Assembly: GCA_035399865.1 (NCBI GenBank)
Contig: DAOPJW010000003.1
Span: forward strand, 72,566-136,565
DNA from: Candidatus Saccharimonadota bacterium
Lineage (GTDB): Bacteria > Patescibacteriota > Saccharimonadia > Saccharimonadales > Saccharimonadaceae
Direction: 5' to 3'
DNA: 64,000 nt
Positions 39,492-50,013 of this stretch are shown here, piece after piece; position 1 is the stretch's first letter; every line of letters begins with the position of its first letter. The notes under the pieces are model-generated. The model was not told where the DNA came from. It searched no databases and saw only the letters and a list, made by a program, of their open reading frames with translations. Position numbers and translations under genes: made by a program.

Positions 39492-40091
39492 ATGTCAAAT
39501 ATAATAAAAATTAGAAATAAATTACCATTAAAAAACAAAAAAATATTAATTATTTTAGTAATTATTATTGCTGTTCTTGGTTTGATTTCTTGGGCATTCA
39601 TCTCAACAAATGGAGAAAAAATAAATCAGATAATTAATAACGAAAAAAATGATAATACTAATAAAAAAACTGTTTCTTCAGATATTACTGATGCGATAGA
39701 TAACATCGAAGAATTGAAAAAACAATCAGATTCAACAGGTGATATTACAGCGTTAGAAGAAAATCAAAAGAAACTCCAAGAATATGTGAATAATTCTAGT
39801 AATAATGATGCTAAATTAGTGTATCTTAATGAATCGTTTTTGTTGTATATAAATAATGAAATGGAAGATTCTGCTTTAGAGATAGCAAATCAAGCAGAGA
39901 CAATCAAGCCAACTGCCAGTACAGCCTCTAACCTTGCCCTTGTTTATATGAAAATGGGATCTTATCAAGAAGCTGTCGAATATTATCAACTGGCTGCCGA
40001 TAGGAGTGAGAAATCTGATAATCCTAATGAATCTTGTCCTTATAATGATTATTTGATAGCAAAAAGAAATGCAGAGGCATTGATTAAATGA
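39492..40091 (+). CDS. membrane-anchored TPR-repeat protein
   Basis: N-terminal TM helix and C-terminal TPR-like helices (ALVYMKMGSYQEAVEYYQLAADRS). Its stop overlaps the start of the next gene (ATGA). Confidence 0.6.
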   Translation: MSNIIKIRNKLPLKNKKILIILVIIIAVLGLISWAFISTNGEKINQIINNEKNDNTNKKTVSSDITDAIDNIEELKKQSDSTGDITALEENQKKLQEYVNNSSNNDAKLVYLNESFLLYINNEMEDSALEIANQAETIKPTASTASNLALVYMKMGSYQEAVEYYQLAADRSEKSDNPNESCPYNDYLIAKRNAEALIK

Positions 40092-42439
40092 AATATATTC
40101 GACTAATTATATTTTCGTTAGTAACAGTTTTGTCTATAAACATTATTGTGTTAGAGAACGACAGCCTCGCAATAAGTGGCGATTGTTTTTTTGAGGCCGG
40201 TGAATATATGGGAGGTGGCGATTGTGGCACAACAGGCGAATATGCCGAATATGGAGTAAATGATGTTTTAACTGGTAGGGACTCTTCGGGAAATGGAAAG
40301 GCAATCACAGGAGTAAATGATGTCGGTTCATTAGTATCTTTCTTGAAAAGTAAATTATACGGTAGTGATACACATGACCAAATTGGTGCCGCCTTTATTA
40401 TTATGCAGTTAATTAATGAATGTAAAAATGATTGTAAGTGGCCGACGGCCGATGACGTGGCAGAATTTGAAGAACGTATGACGGCGGAGAATAAAGTAAC
40501 CGTATCTGTGATCTATTCTGACGTAGGACAAACGTCATATTACGATCCTGATAAAAAGAATGTTTTTTATGGTCCACACGTTATCGTAAATCGTGAAGTA
40601 ATCGAAATACAACAAAATGGAGAGCATCGGGCTACGATAGAAACAGGCTGTGGTAATTTAGTTGCGAATCCGATAGTAATTACGCCTATCGAAGAAATTA
40701 TTGAACCTACTCCAAATGTTTGTCGTCCTCTTTTGTATGAAGTTAATGGCCATACTGATGTTAATGGTAGCGAAGTTAGTATAAGTATAAAAGTCGTGAA
40801 TGATACTACTGGTAGAACTGTCTATAGCACAACTGTTAGAGGTGATGATACTCTTGATTTGACAAAAAAGTGCACAACGGGTGATACATTCACTGTATAT
40901 GAAGACATTGCAAATCATAAACAAACTAAAAGGCGATCTTGCCATACCACATCTTCTGGTAGTACATCTTGCCATTGGGTTTATACTTATGACAATCCAT
41001 CAGAAACCTCGGGAAAAATAGGTCCATGTTTTGATTATAGGCTAAACACTGGGATTATTTCTTTAAACTATTTACGAGCAGAACCGAATGCGACTGTAGA
41101 CATCCAACCAACACTAGCTAGTGATGCTTGGACTAAATTGGGCTACCCATCTTTTTATAGTAAATATAGAACCCATACTAAAACAAAGACCTCTGAATGG
41201 CAGATTACAAAATTAACTTATCTTCCAAATATAATGGTTCCGAGCACTGCCAGTGCTAGTAACCCTAATATTCCATGTAATCACTATTCAGGAAAAGATA
41301 AATGTGAAGTTTTTAATAGTGGTTCTGGCGTATTCAGCAATGCCAGTAAGCCAACTTTGATTGGTAGCGGTAATAGCCCATTAAAAAAATATACTGATAA
41401 GATGACAGATTTGCCAGCGGGAACGAAAATATGCTATACATTTTCATTCAAAGCTAGCTCAAGTGATCCAAGCAATGACTCATTTAATCTCGATAACATG
41501 TGGCAACATTCATCATTAAAACTTGAAGAAAATTGTGTAATAATCGTAAAAAAACCAAAAGTACAGGTAATCGGTGGTGATTTAATAGTTGGTCGGACTA
41601 ATACTTCTCCCACTACGAACTCTCAAATTTATACCACTATTTCTGATAAAGGAAACTATTTTGGTAGCTGGGGAGAATACGGGTTATTTGCAACTGGGAA
41701 GATCACTGGTATGGCATCTGGATCGGCTTTTGCGAGTCCAACTGGTTCTAATCTTAAACAAATCTGTAGTTACAATACTCTAACTTTTGGTAATGCGGAT
41801 AATCCAGTCGCAAATTGTACTGCATCATCATCTAAAGGTAAATATAAACAGAGCACCACAATTGTTGACGTAGCGTCCACCTTTGTTGGTAAAGGTGATA
41901 GCCTTCCACCAAATATCAGTGTAGATAATTTTTTCTCAGGCAACGGATTACGAATTGGAGAGAGGAATAGTAATCTTAACTTGACAGAAAGCACTCTTGA
42001 ATCTGGAAAGTCGGTTGTTCTAAAGGTAAACGGAACAGTTACGATATCTGGCAATCAGATTTACGAAAACAAAGATTATCACGGTATCTCAGAGATACCA
42101 CAATTAGTAATAATTGCTGACAAAATAATAATCAATTCAGATGTCACTCAAGTGGATGCTTGGTTGGTTGCAAATGATTCAGTGCAAACATGTGATGTAA
42201 ATACAGATACCGATCTTACTATTAATCAGTGTAATCGACCACTAACTGTTAATGGTCCTGTAATTACGAATAAGTTATATATGTTAAGAACGGCTGGCTC
42301 GGAACCTAATGAGGGGAGCGGTGATCCAGCTGAAACATTTAATCTCAGAGCTGATGCGTATTTATGGTCTTTTGCCAGAGCATCCAGTAGTGGTCGTATT
42401 CAAACTGTGTATACAACTGAACTTCCCCCAAGATTTTAA
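40088..42439 (+). CDS. large secreted protein of unknown family (783 aa, Cys-containing, beta-rich)
   Basis: Signal-peptide-like N-terminus and no recognisable domain. Translationally coupled to the TPR gene and directly upstream of pilM. Confidence 0.6.
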   Translation: MKYIRLIIFSLVTVLSINIIVLENDSLAISGDCFFEAGEYMGGGDCGTTGEYAEYGVNDVLTGRDSSGNGKAITGVNDVGSLVSFLKSKLYGSDTHDQIGAAFIIMQLINECKNDCKWPTADDVAEFEERMTAENKVTVSVIYSDVGQTSYYDPDKKNVFYGPHVIVNREVIEIQQNGEHRATIETGCGNLVANPIVITPIEEIIEPTPNVCRPLLYEVNGHTDVNGSEVSISIKVVNDTTGRTVYSTTVRGDDTLDLTKKCTTGDTFTVYEDIANHKQTKRRSCHTTSSGSTSCHWVYTYDNPSETSGKIGPCFDYRLNTGIISLNYLRAEPNATVDIQPTLASDAWTKLGYPSFYSKYRTHTKTKTSEWQITKLTYLPNIMVPSTASASNPNIPCNHYSGKDKCEVFNSGSGVFSNASKPTLIGSGNSPLKKYTDKMTDLPAGTKICYTFSFKASSSDPSNDSFNLDNMWQHSSLKLEENCVIIVKKPKVQVIGGDLIVGRTNTSPTTNSQIYTTISDKGNYFGSWGEYGLFATGKITGMASGSAFASPTGSNLKQICSYNTLTFGNADNPVANCTASSSKGKYKQSTTIVDVASTFVGKGDSLPPNISVDNFFSGNGLRIGERNSNLNLTESTLESGKSVVLKVNGTVTISGNQIYENKDYHGISEIPQLVIIADKIIINSDVTQVDAWLVANDSVQTCDVNTDTDLTINQCNRPLTVNGPVITNKLYMLRTAGSEPNEGSGDPAETFNLRADAYLWSFARASSSGRIQTVYTTELPPRF

Positions 42440-42459
42440 TGGTCATTAGCGATTTCTGC

Positions 42460-42488
42460 TTGTTTTAGTGCTTATCCTTTTGTATAAT
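42460..42488 (+). promoter_or_regulatory. pilM operon promoter TTGTTT-17-(TG)TATAAT
   Basis: Hexamers at 42460-42465 and 42483-42488 with a TG extension. ATG 42499 is 10 nt downstream. Confidence 0.5.
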
Positions 42489-42498
42489 TATGACCAGA

Positions 42499-43548
42499 AT
42501 GTCACTAATAAAGGGTTCGGGCGATTTCTTTGCGATAGATATAGGCACTAATGCAGTGCGAGTTGTTCAACTTGCCCCTTCTGGCTCTGATAATTGGGTA
42601 TTACAGCATTACGGCTACGCCCCAGTAGACGAAAAAATTAGTGCAGGTAGCTCCAGTGAGGGTATGCGTCGTTTAGGCGAGATTATTATGACAGCCGTAG
42701 GTCAAAGTGGTATAAAGAAAAAGGATGTTGTAATTGGGCTACCTTCCAATAAGACTTTTACTACTGTTATTGATGTACCAATTATGAATCCTGCCGAACT
42801 AAAAAGCACAATTAAATATCAATGTGACCAATATATACCGATGCCAATAGATGAAGCAAAGGTAGATTGGGCATTACTTGGTCAATCTTTGCATGACCCA
42901 AAACAACAAGAAGTACTTTTAGCAAGTACTTTGGTATCTTATGCAGAAGAGCGTTTGGAATTTATCGAAGGGCTCGGTTTTAATGTTATCGGAGCCGAGC
43001 CTGATCAGATTGCTATTGTTCGATCCTTATTGCCAACTGGCGTCAAAGATGCTCGCTTAATAATTGATATGGGTGAAAAAGCAACTGACTTAGCGATTAC
43101 CTATAGTGAAAGTCCAAGGTTAGTTCGTAATATCCCAACGGGGCTAAAATCAATAGTCAAGGTTGCTACTCAAAACTTAAATGTTCAAGAAGATCAAGCT
43201 AGGCAATTTATTTTGAAATTTGGTTTGGCACCAGATAAATTAGAAGGGCAAATATATAGAGCAGTAGAGAATACTTTAGACAATTTTGCCTCAGAATTAG
43301 TAAAATCTGTAAAGTTTTTCCAGACTAGGTATCCAGATACACCAGTTGGCGGAATATTACTATCAGGTTTTTCGGCAGTTATTCCACAATTTGGTGACTA
43401 TATAACTGCAAAGACAGGAATTAGCACTAGTATTGCAAATCCTTGGCAGAGAGTTAGAGTTTCTCCTAATGATCAGCAACAACTAAGTGCTGTTGCGTCC
43501 GAATTTGCTACAGTCATAGGCTTGGCTCAGAGGAGAAATGACAAATGA
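42499..43548 (+). CDS. pilM: type IV pilus assembly protein PilM (actin-like ATPase fold)
   Basis: FAIDIGTNAVRVVQL N-terminus and overall PilM collinearity. The ORF opens at 42490, only 1 nt after the -10 box, so ATG 42499 is preferred. Confidence 0.85.
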   Translation: MSLIKGSGDFFAIDIGTNAVRVVQLAPSGSDNWVLQHYGYAPVDEKISAGSSSEGMRRLGEIIMTAVGQSGIKKKDVVIGLPSNKTFTTVIDVPIMNPAELKSTIKYQCDQYIPMPIDEAKVDWALLGQSLHDPKQQEVLLASTLVSYAEERLEFIEGLGFNVIGAEPDQIAIVRSLLPTGVKDARLIIDMGEKATDLAITYSESPRLVRNIPTGLKSIVKVATQNLNVQEDQARQFILKFGLAPDKLEGQIYRAVENTLDNFASELVKSVKFFQTRYPDTPVGGILLSGFSAVIPQFGDYITAKTGISTSIANPWQRVRVSPNDQQQLSAVASEFATVIGLAQRRNDK

Positions 43549-44273
43549 TAGAAATTAATTTAGTCCCTGATGTCAAACAGGAGTTAATAAAAGCACAGAG
43601 AGCTCGCAATACAGTAATCACTATTTCTATAATAGTTAGTGCTATATCGATTGCGGTAGTCTTATTACTTGTTGTTTATATTTTTACTGCCCAAAACCTA
43701 AGAAGCTCTTATTACGATGGTGAAATAACAAAGTATAACAAACAATTTTCAAGTATTGAAGATTTATCAAAAATATTAACGATTCAGAACCAACTAAATA
43801 AGATAAACAATTTAAATAACGATAAGCCTATCGCTTCTAGAGTATTTAATATGTTAGTTGCTATTATTCCTCCACCTCCAAATGAAATAAAAATCTCAAA
43901 AATTGATATTGATACTGAATCTAACAAGGTTACTATAGAAGGCCAGGCGGTTAATAGTTACGAGGCTTTAGATGTTTTTAGAAAAACAATAGCTAACGCT
44001 AATATTAAGTTCAAAGATAGTGATGAAAAAAGTCAAACGGTAGCTTTGGCGAATAAAATTAGTATAGACGATAACAATTACGGTGAGGATGCCACTGGAC
44101 AAAAGGTCCTCAGATTTACGCTTACATTCAATTATGCTGAAGAGTTGTTCGCATTATCATCTAAAGACGCTACCGTAGTAATTGTTGGTGAAGAGAATTC
44201 CACAGATTCATATAAGGGTGTACCTAAGAATATTTTTGCTGATAAAGCAAAAAGTTTAGAAGAGGAAGAATAG
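43545..44273 (+). CDS. pilN: PilN-like pilus assembly protein
   Basis: MIEINLVPD start, a single TM helix and position immediately after pilM (ATGA overlap). Confidence 0.65.
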   Translation: MIEINLVPDVKQELIKAQRARNTVITISIIVSAISIAVVLLLVVYIFTAQNLRSSYYDGEITKYNKQFSSIEDLSKILTIQNQLNKINNLNNDKPIASRVFNMLVAIIPPPPNEIKISKIDIDTESNKVTIEGQAVNSYEALDVFRKTIANANIKFKDSDEKSQTVALANKISIDDNNYGEDATGQKVLRFTLTFNYAEELFALSSKDATVVIVGEENSTDSYKGVPKNIFADKAKSLEEEE

Positions 44274-44278
44274 AAATC

Positions 44279-45031
44279 ATGGAAAATTCTCAAGATAGTA
44301 TGAATCAACAACAAGTTCCAGAACCAAAAATTCAAGTAGCTCAACCAAAGGTAGTAGCTTTACGTAAACGAACTCAGATTTCGAAAGCTAAAAAGACAAT
44401 GTTCTTATGGGTTGCTGGTGCTTCTGTTTTAGTAGGTTTTGCCTTAGTAATATCCGTATTCTTAGTTCAAATGTTAGTATTTAATGAAAAAGTACTGGCC
44501 GAGAAAAGTAGCACCGTTAAAATTTTGAAATCCAATATTAGTAATGTTGATAAACTAAAATCAGAAGTTCGTGCTTTGGATTCAAACCAGGCTTTAATTA
44601 GTGCAAAAGCTAATTCAGATGATGAAACATTACAGGTTATTCTCGATGCTTTACCGTCTTTAGCGAATTCATCTGCTTTGGCTGCATCAATCCAGCAAAA
44701 ACTATTATCTGGAATTGACGGTCTCGTGATAAATTCATTGCAACCCGATTTAGTCGTTGGCATTGAATCATTATCAGAAAATTCAATTGGAAATGCCTCA
44801 GCTAATAATTCTGAAACTCAAGGAATAATTACTTTTCGTTTTTCGGTTTCAGGCAGTTATGAATCTTTAAAGAAAGTATTATTAAATCTAGAAAAATCGA
44901 TTAGAACTATAGATATAGTATCTTTTTCTGTTGAAAGTCAAGGTGATAAACAGGGACTAAATGTGAAAGCTCGTGCCTATTATGAGCCCGAAAGAATCGT
45001 TGAATTAAAGGATAAGATAATAAAGAGATGA
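44279..45031 (+). CDS. PilO-like bitopic pilus assembly protein
   Basis: Single TM helix, then a coiled-coil and a ferredoxin-like region, in the position between pilN and pilB. Confidence 0.5.
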   Translation: MENSQDSMNQQQVPEPKIQVAQPKVVALRKRTQISKAKKTMFLWVAGASVLVGFALVISVFLVQMLVFNEKVLAEKSSTVKILKSNISNVDKLKSEVRALDSNQALISAKANSDDETLQVILDALPSLANSSALAASIQQKLLSGIDGLVINSLQPDLVVGIESLSENSIGNASANNSETQGIITFRFSVSGSYESLKKVLLNLEKSIRTIDIVSFSVESQGDKQGLNVKARAYYEPERIVELKDKIIKR

Positions 45032-45267
45032 AAAAAACTGAAATAGCAATGATAATTCTTATAGCATCAATTAGTATTTTGACAGCATATTTTATTGGCT
45101 CAAGTATATTTGATGATATCTATATGGAAAATGAAAAAGTAAAAACTATCGATAGAGTAGAACTGTCTATTGATGATCCAAGCGAAAAAATATTTAATAA
45201 GGATGCTATTAATCCAGCTGTTCGTGTTCAAGTTGTAGGGACCGATTCAGAAAATAATACCCAATAA
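45028..45267 (+). CDS. small bitopic membrane protein in the pilus operon
   Basis: A 79-aa ORF with an N-terminal TM helix and an ATGA overlap with the upstream gene. Confidence 0.45.
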   Translation: MKKTEIAMIILIASISILTAYFIGSSIFDDIYMENEKVKTIDRVELSIDDPSEKIFNKDAINPAVRVQVVGTDSENNTQ

Positions 45268-45280
45268 GGATGGTCAAAAT

Positions 45281-47050
45281 ATGGCACTTCTAACTGGGGA
45301 TATTCAAGAAAAGATGATAAGCCTTTTAATTGAAGAAGGTTTAGTTAGTAAATTAACTCTAGATGATGCCCAGATCGAATCAACTAAAGCAAATAAGCCT
45401 CTATTGGTATATTTAACAGAGCAAAATATTGTTGATGATGAACTAATAACCCACGCTATAGCACATGTTTCTGGAGTTCCTTATATAAATTTATACAATA
45501 GCATTATAGACCAGAATGTTCTCAATATATTACCCCAAGACATAGCCGAACGCTATATGGCTGTGCCGTTAGCAGAAGTACAGAATCGCCTTGCTGTCGC
45601 TATGATTGATGCAAATAATGTCCAAGCTGTAGATTATTTATCAAGTTTAGTCGAACGTCCTTTAAAAATATTTATGGCTTCAGAAATTAGTATACGTCAT
45701 ATCTTGAGTCAATATAAAACCGACTTATCTAGTGTGGATGAGGCAGCAATTGCCAGCCAACAAGAAGCAGTCCAAGAAACGAATAAAGAAGTTAAAACCA
45801 TAGTTCAAGATTCTCCAATCAGTAAAGCACTGAGTACGATTTTGGAGTACGCATTAAGAAATAGAGCCAGTGATGTGCATATCGAACCAATGGAAAAAAC
45901 GTTAAAAATACGTTGTCGTGTTGATGGAATGCTCAGAGAAATTATGCAATTACCAAAAAGTATTGAACCTGCATTAGTTAGTCGAATAAAAATTTTATCC
46001 AACTTAAAGATAGATGAACATCGTACTCCTCAGGATGGGCAATTCGCTGTCAATATTCTCAATAAAGAAGTTGATTTACGTATCGCTATTAGTCCCGTGA
46101 TATGGGGTGAACAGGTGGTTATACGTCTACTGGATAAATCTGGTAATTCTTTTAATATCGAAGAAATGGGTTATGCTGGACGTGCGTTGAGAGCTATAAG
46201 AAAGGGCATTCGTCGTCCAAATGGTATGGTGTTAACTTCAGGTCCTACTGGAAGTGGAAAATCAACCAGCCTATACGCTCTAATAAAAGAGATAAAAGAT
46301 GATGCCGTAAATATCGTGACATTAGAGGATCCAGTTGAATATAAAATGGCTGGAGTAAATCAAATTCAAGTCAATCCAGATGTTGGTTTGACGTTCGCTA
46401 ATGGACTGCGTTCGATCTTGCGTCAAGATCCTGATGTGGTGATGGTTGGAGAAATCCGTGATAGCGAGACCGCAAATTTGGCAGTACAAGCCGCATTGAC
46501 TGGTCACTTAGTATTTAGTACACTTCATACAAATAGTGCCGCAGGAGTTTTGCCAAGGCTGCTAGATATGGGTATTGAACCTTTTTTGATTGCTAGTACT
46601 GTAAATACCATCATAGGTCAACGATTAGTTCGTCGTATTGCAAAAAAACGAGAATCATATATTTCAAATCCTATTGAAACTCAAAATATAAAAGCTACTA
46701 TCGGTCATCTGTTGCCAAAATCTAAAGCGGATGTGGCGAGAATTTCTCAAGATTTAGGCTATAAAGACTTGCCCTTATCCACTCAAAACGCTTATACTTT
46801 AGTCAAGGGTATCGATACTCGTCAAGACCCAGCTCCAAATGGCTATAGTGGAAGAGCAGGTCTTTATGAGGTTATGGATGTCAACGAAGATATTCAGAAG
46901 CTAATTGTTACTAGAGCTACGAGTGCCGAGATTCAACGTCGAGCTCAAGAACAGGGTATGATTACAATGCGTCAAGACGGATATTTAAAAGTTTTATCGG
47001 GAGTTACAAGTATTGAAGAAGTAAATCGAGTTACTGCGGATACAGCGTAA
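45281..47050 (+). CDS. pilB: type IV pilus extension ATPase PilB (GspE family)
   Basis: N-terminal GSPII_E_N-like domain, Walker A GPTGSGKST, Asp box, Walker B (DPDVVMVGEIRD) and His box (GHLVFSTLHTN). Confidence 0.93.
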   Translation: MALLTGDIQEKMISLLIEEGLVSKLTLDDAQIESTKANKPLLVYLTEQNIVDDELITHAIAHVSGVPYINLYNSIIDQNVLNILPQDIAERYMAVPLAEVQNRLAVAMIDANNVQAVDYLSSLVERPLKIFMASEISIRHILSQYKTDLSSVDEAAIASQQEAVQETNKEVKTIVQDSPISKALSTILEYALRNRASDVHIEPMEKTLKIRCRVDGMLREIMQLPKSIEPALVSRIKILSNLKIDEHRTPQDGQFAVNILNKEVDLRIAISPVIWGEQVVIRLLDKSGNSFNIEEMGYAGRALRAIRKGIRRPNGMVLTSGPTGSGKSTSLYALIKEIKDDAVNIVTLEDPVEYKMAGVNQIQVNPDVGLTFANGLRSILRQDPDVVMVGEIRDSETANLAVQAALTGHLVFSTLHTNSAAGVLPRLLDMGIEPFLIASTVNTIIGQRLVRRIAKKRESYISNPIETQNIKATIGHLLPKSKADVARISQDLGYKDLPLSTQNAYTLVKGIDTRQDPAPNGYSGRAGLYEVMDVNEDIQKLIVTRATSAEIQRRAQEQGMITMRQDGYLKVLSGVTSIEEVNRVTADTA

Positions 47051-47068
47051 AAAGAAGGGTGGTAAAAA

Positions 47069-48139
47069 ATGAGCAGTCAAAATCTACGAATAGAAGCATT
47101 ACTTGAGGATGTCGTACGTAAACATGCTTCAGATTTACATTTACAAGTAGGTTTGCCACCATTATTGCGAATTGACGGATCATTAGTGCCAATACCTGGA
47201 CTAGATGTTTTAGATGAACAGACTGTCGAAATGTTAGTTTTTGCTGTTCTGGATCAAGACCAACGTCAGATATTATTAAAAGATAAAGAATTTGACTTTA
47301 GCTTTGCATTTGGAACTTTGGGACGTTTTCGGGTTAATGCCTTTCATGAAAGAGGTAATTTAGCGGCAGCTTTACGTTTAATACCAAATGAAATAAAAAC
47401 AATAACTGAATTAGGGCTTCCAAATGTAGTTATGAGTTTCGCAGATTACCCAAGAGGACTGGTGCTTATTACGGGTCCGACTGGTAGTGGCAAATCTACG
47501 ACATTAGCTGCTTTGGTTGACAAAATAAACACTGAAAGATCTAGCCATATAATCACTATAGAAGATCCTATTGAATTCACACACAAATCAAAAAAATCAG
47601 CCGTCGTTCAGCGTGAAGTTCATTATGATACTTATAGTTTTAGTGCCGCTCTAAGGTCAAGCTTACGTCAAGATCCAGACGTAGTATTAATCGGTGAAAT
47701 GAGGGATCTGGAAACCATAAGTGCTGCTATTACTATCGCTGAAACTGGTCACTTAGTATTTGCGACACTACATACAAATAGTGCTTCCCAGTCGGTAGAT
47801 CGTATGATTGATGTATTTCCTCCGCATCAACAACCGCAAATTCGTGCACAGCTTTCGAATATATTAATGGCAATATGTTCGCAACGTTTGATTCCTGCCA
47901 TAGGTGGCGGTAGGTTAGTTGCTTCAGAAATATTGATTGCTAACCCAGCAGTTCGAAATATTATTCGTGAAGGTAAAGCTCACCAGCTAGATGCCGTTAT
48001 CCAGACTGGTGCTGATCAAGGAATGCAGACTATGGATAGGAATCTAGTCAATTTAGTACAAAATGGCACTGTTACATACGATTCGGCTCGTGAAGTTGCG
48101 GTTGATTTAGGAGAATTCGAGAGGTTAATGAGAGGATAA
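47069..48139 (+). CDS. pilT: type IV pilus retraction ATPase PilT
   Basis: A 356-aa PilT-size ATPase with ASDLHL, GPTGSGKSTT, DPDVVLIGEMRD, GHLVFATLHTN and AIRNIIREGK-like motifs. Confidence 0.93.
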   Translation: MSSQNLRIEALLEDVVRKHASDLHLQVGLPPLLRIDGSLVPIPGLDVLDEQTVEMLVFAVLDQDQRQILLKDKEFDFSFAFGTLGRFRVNAFHERGNLAAALRLIPNEIKTITELGLPNVVMSFADYPRGLVLITGPTGSGKSTTLAALVDKINTERSSHIITIEDPIEFTHKSKKSAVVQREVHYDTYSFSAALRSSLRQDPDVVLIGEMRDLETISAAITIAETGHLVFATLHTNSASQSVDRMIDVFPPHQQPQIRAQLSNILMAICSQRLIPAIGGGRLVASEILIANPAVRNIIREGKAHQLDAVIQTGADQGMQTMDRNLVNLVQNGTVTYDSAREVAVDLGEFERLMRG

Positions 48140-48141
48140 TA

Positions 48142-49353
48142 ATGAAAAAATATTCATATGAGGCTCGTGATCAAGCTACTGACAAAATCGTTAAGGCTAA
48201 TGTTCAGGCAAATTCAGAAAGTGCAGCTGCAAAATTATTAATCAATCAAGGATTTACTCCTCTCGATATAAAAGAAATAAAGGAAAATGATAATTTATTA
48301 TCGAAATTATCCAATCGAATAACAACCAAAGACAGAGTAGTCTTTACTCGTCAACTTGCGACATTAATTGGGGCAGGATTGCCATTGTCACAAAGTTTGA
48401 ATACCGTTTTGGAACAAACTCAAAATAAAAAACTACAATCTATTGTTCAAGATATATCCGTATCCGTTGAGGGAGGAAAATCACTTTCTGAATCTTTTTC
48501 GAAATTTCCAGAAGTATTTGATCAAGTGTTCTTATCGCTTGTTGGTGCGGGTGAGGCTTCGGGAACACTCGATAATGCATTACAAAGGATAGCTTATCAA
48601 CAAGAAAAAGATGCTGCAACGATGAGTAAAATTAAAGGAGCATTAACTTATCCGATTATTGTGTTAGTAGTTATATTTGGTGTAATGGCTTTTATGTTAT
48701 TTACAGTGGTGCCTCAGGTCGAAAAACTGTACATTGATTTAAAAAAAGAGTTACCTTTTTTGACAAAGGCGATGGTTATGATGGCAGATTTTGTCAGTAA
48801 TTATTGGTGGTTGTTAATAATTGCCACTTGTGTATTTTTGTATTTTTTTGTTCAATGGTTAAAAACTGAAAGTGGCATAAAGATAAAGGACACATTTAAA
48901 TTAAACATTCCGATATTCGGCGACATGTTTAAAAAATTATATATGGCACGATTCATGCGAACTGGACAGACATTGCTCAGCACAGGTGTTAGTATGCTAG
49001 ATGTATTAAAAATTACTTCCAGATCAGTCAATAACACTATTGTTGAAAAAAGTATCATGAATGCTACGGAAAAAGTAAAAGGTGGTAAAGCTTTGTCGGT
49101 AGCTTTAAAGCCCGAAAATTACATATTAACTCTTGTTCCGCAAATGATAAAAATTGGCGAACAATCTGGACGTATCGATGAAATGATGGGAAAAACTGCT
49201 CAGGTTTATGAAGATGAGCTTGATGAACAAATAAAGGCGATATCGACTGCCATAGAACCTATATTGATGGTTGTTTTGGCGGTTGTAGCAGGTAGTATGG
49301 TCGGGGCAATTTTATTACCGATCTATTCTCTAGTAAACGGAATGAATGTATAG
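48142..49353 (+). CDS. pilC: type IV pilus platform protein PilC (GspF family)
   Basis: Two GspF repeats and three TM segments, 403 aa. Confidence 0.9.
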   Translation: MKKYSYEARDQATDKIVKANVQANSESAAAKLLINQGFTPLDIKEIKENDNLLSKLSNRITTKDRVVFTRQLATLIGAGLPLSQSLNTVLEQTQNKKLQSIVQDISVSVEGGKSLSESFSKFPEVFDQVFLSLVGAGEASGTLDNALQRIAYQQEKDAATMSKIKGALTYPIIVLVVIFGVMAFMLFTVVPQVEKLYIDLKKELPFLTKAMVMMADFVSNYWWLLIIATCVFLYFFVQWLKTESGIKIKDTFKLNIPIFGDMFKKLYMARFMRTGQTLLSTGVSMLDVLKITSRSVNNTIVEKSIMNATEKVKGGKALSVALKPENYILTLVPQMIKIGEQSGRIDEMMGKTAQVYEDELDEQIKAISTAIEPILMVVLAVVAGSMVGAILLPIYSLVNGMNV

Positions 49354-49449
49354 GTATGGACATAAAACTACATGTAGTCTAATATAAACTTAAGCGTTTT
49401 ATCGCAAATATTATTTATTAATATTCATAAGAAAGGTGGAATAACTTCA

Positions 49450-49944
49450 ATGAACAACAAAAAAGAAAAAGGCTTTACTATCATAGAGGTCGTTTTAGTT
49501 CTAGCTATTGCTGGATTAATATTTATGATGGTGTTTATCGCTTTGCCTGCTCTTCAGAGAAGTCAAAGGGATACTCAACGTAAGAATGATCTTAGTCGGG
49601 CTATGACAGCTGTTATGAATTATCAAGGTGCAAACAGGGGTAGTTTACCTTCAGATTGGGGAACGTTTACTTCAAACTATCTGACAACGACTGGTAGTGA
49701 TGCTTTTATAGATCCTTCGGGAGTAAATAAAAATCAGGCTGACGAAGCGGACGCCACGTATGAGTTCGTTCCTAAGGATGATGTAATGAGTGGTAATTTT
49801 TCCTCCGAAGATACTCAGAACGTTATATATTATGCGGTTGGATTTACCTGTGGTTCTGATGGAGAAGTGAAGTCGGAAGGATCTAGAAAAGTCGCTCTTC
49901 GTATGTATCTTGAAGGTGGTGGTGTCTACTGTACTAATAACTAG
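49450..49944 (+). CDS. pilA: type IV pilin (probable major pilin)
   Basis: Class-III signal KEKG|FTIIEVVLVLAIAGLI with Glu+5. AAAGGTGG SD and a strong terminator directly downstream. Confidence 0.85.
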   Translation: MNNKKEKGFTIIEVVLVLAIAGLIFMMVFIALPALQRSQRDTQRKNDLSRAMTAVMNYQGANRGSLPSDWGTFTSNYLTTTGSDAFIDPSGVNKNQADEADATYEFVPKDDVMSGNFSSEDTQNVIYYAVGFTCGSDGEVKSEGSRKVALRMYLEGGGVYCTNN

Positions 49945-49962
49945 ACATAAAAACTATTTTTT

Positions 49963-49991
49963 ACCTCGGCTTAATAGCCGAGGTTTTTTTT
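49963..49991 (+). terminator. intrinsic terminator after the pilin gene
   Basis: ACCTCGGC-TTAATA-GCCGAGGT followed by TTTTTTT. Confidence 0.85.
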
Positions 49992-50013
49992 ATGACACAA
50001 TTAGGTTATTATA

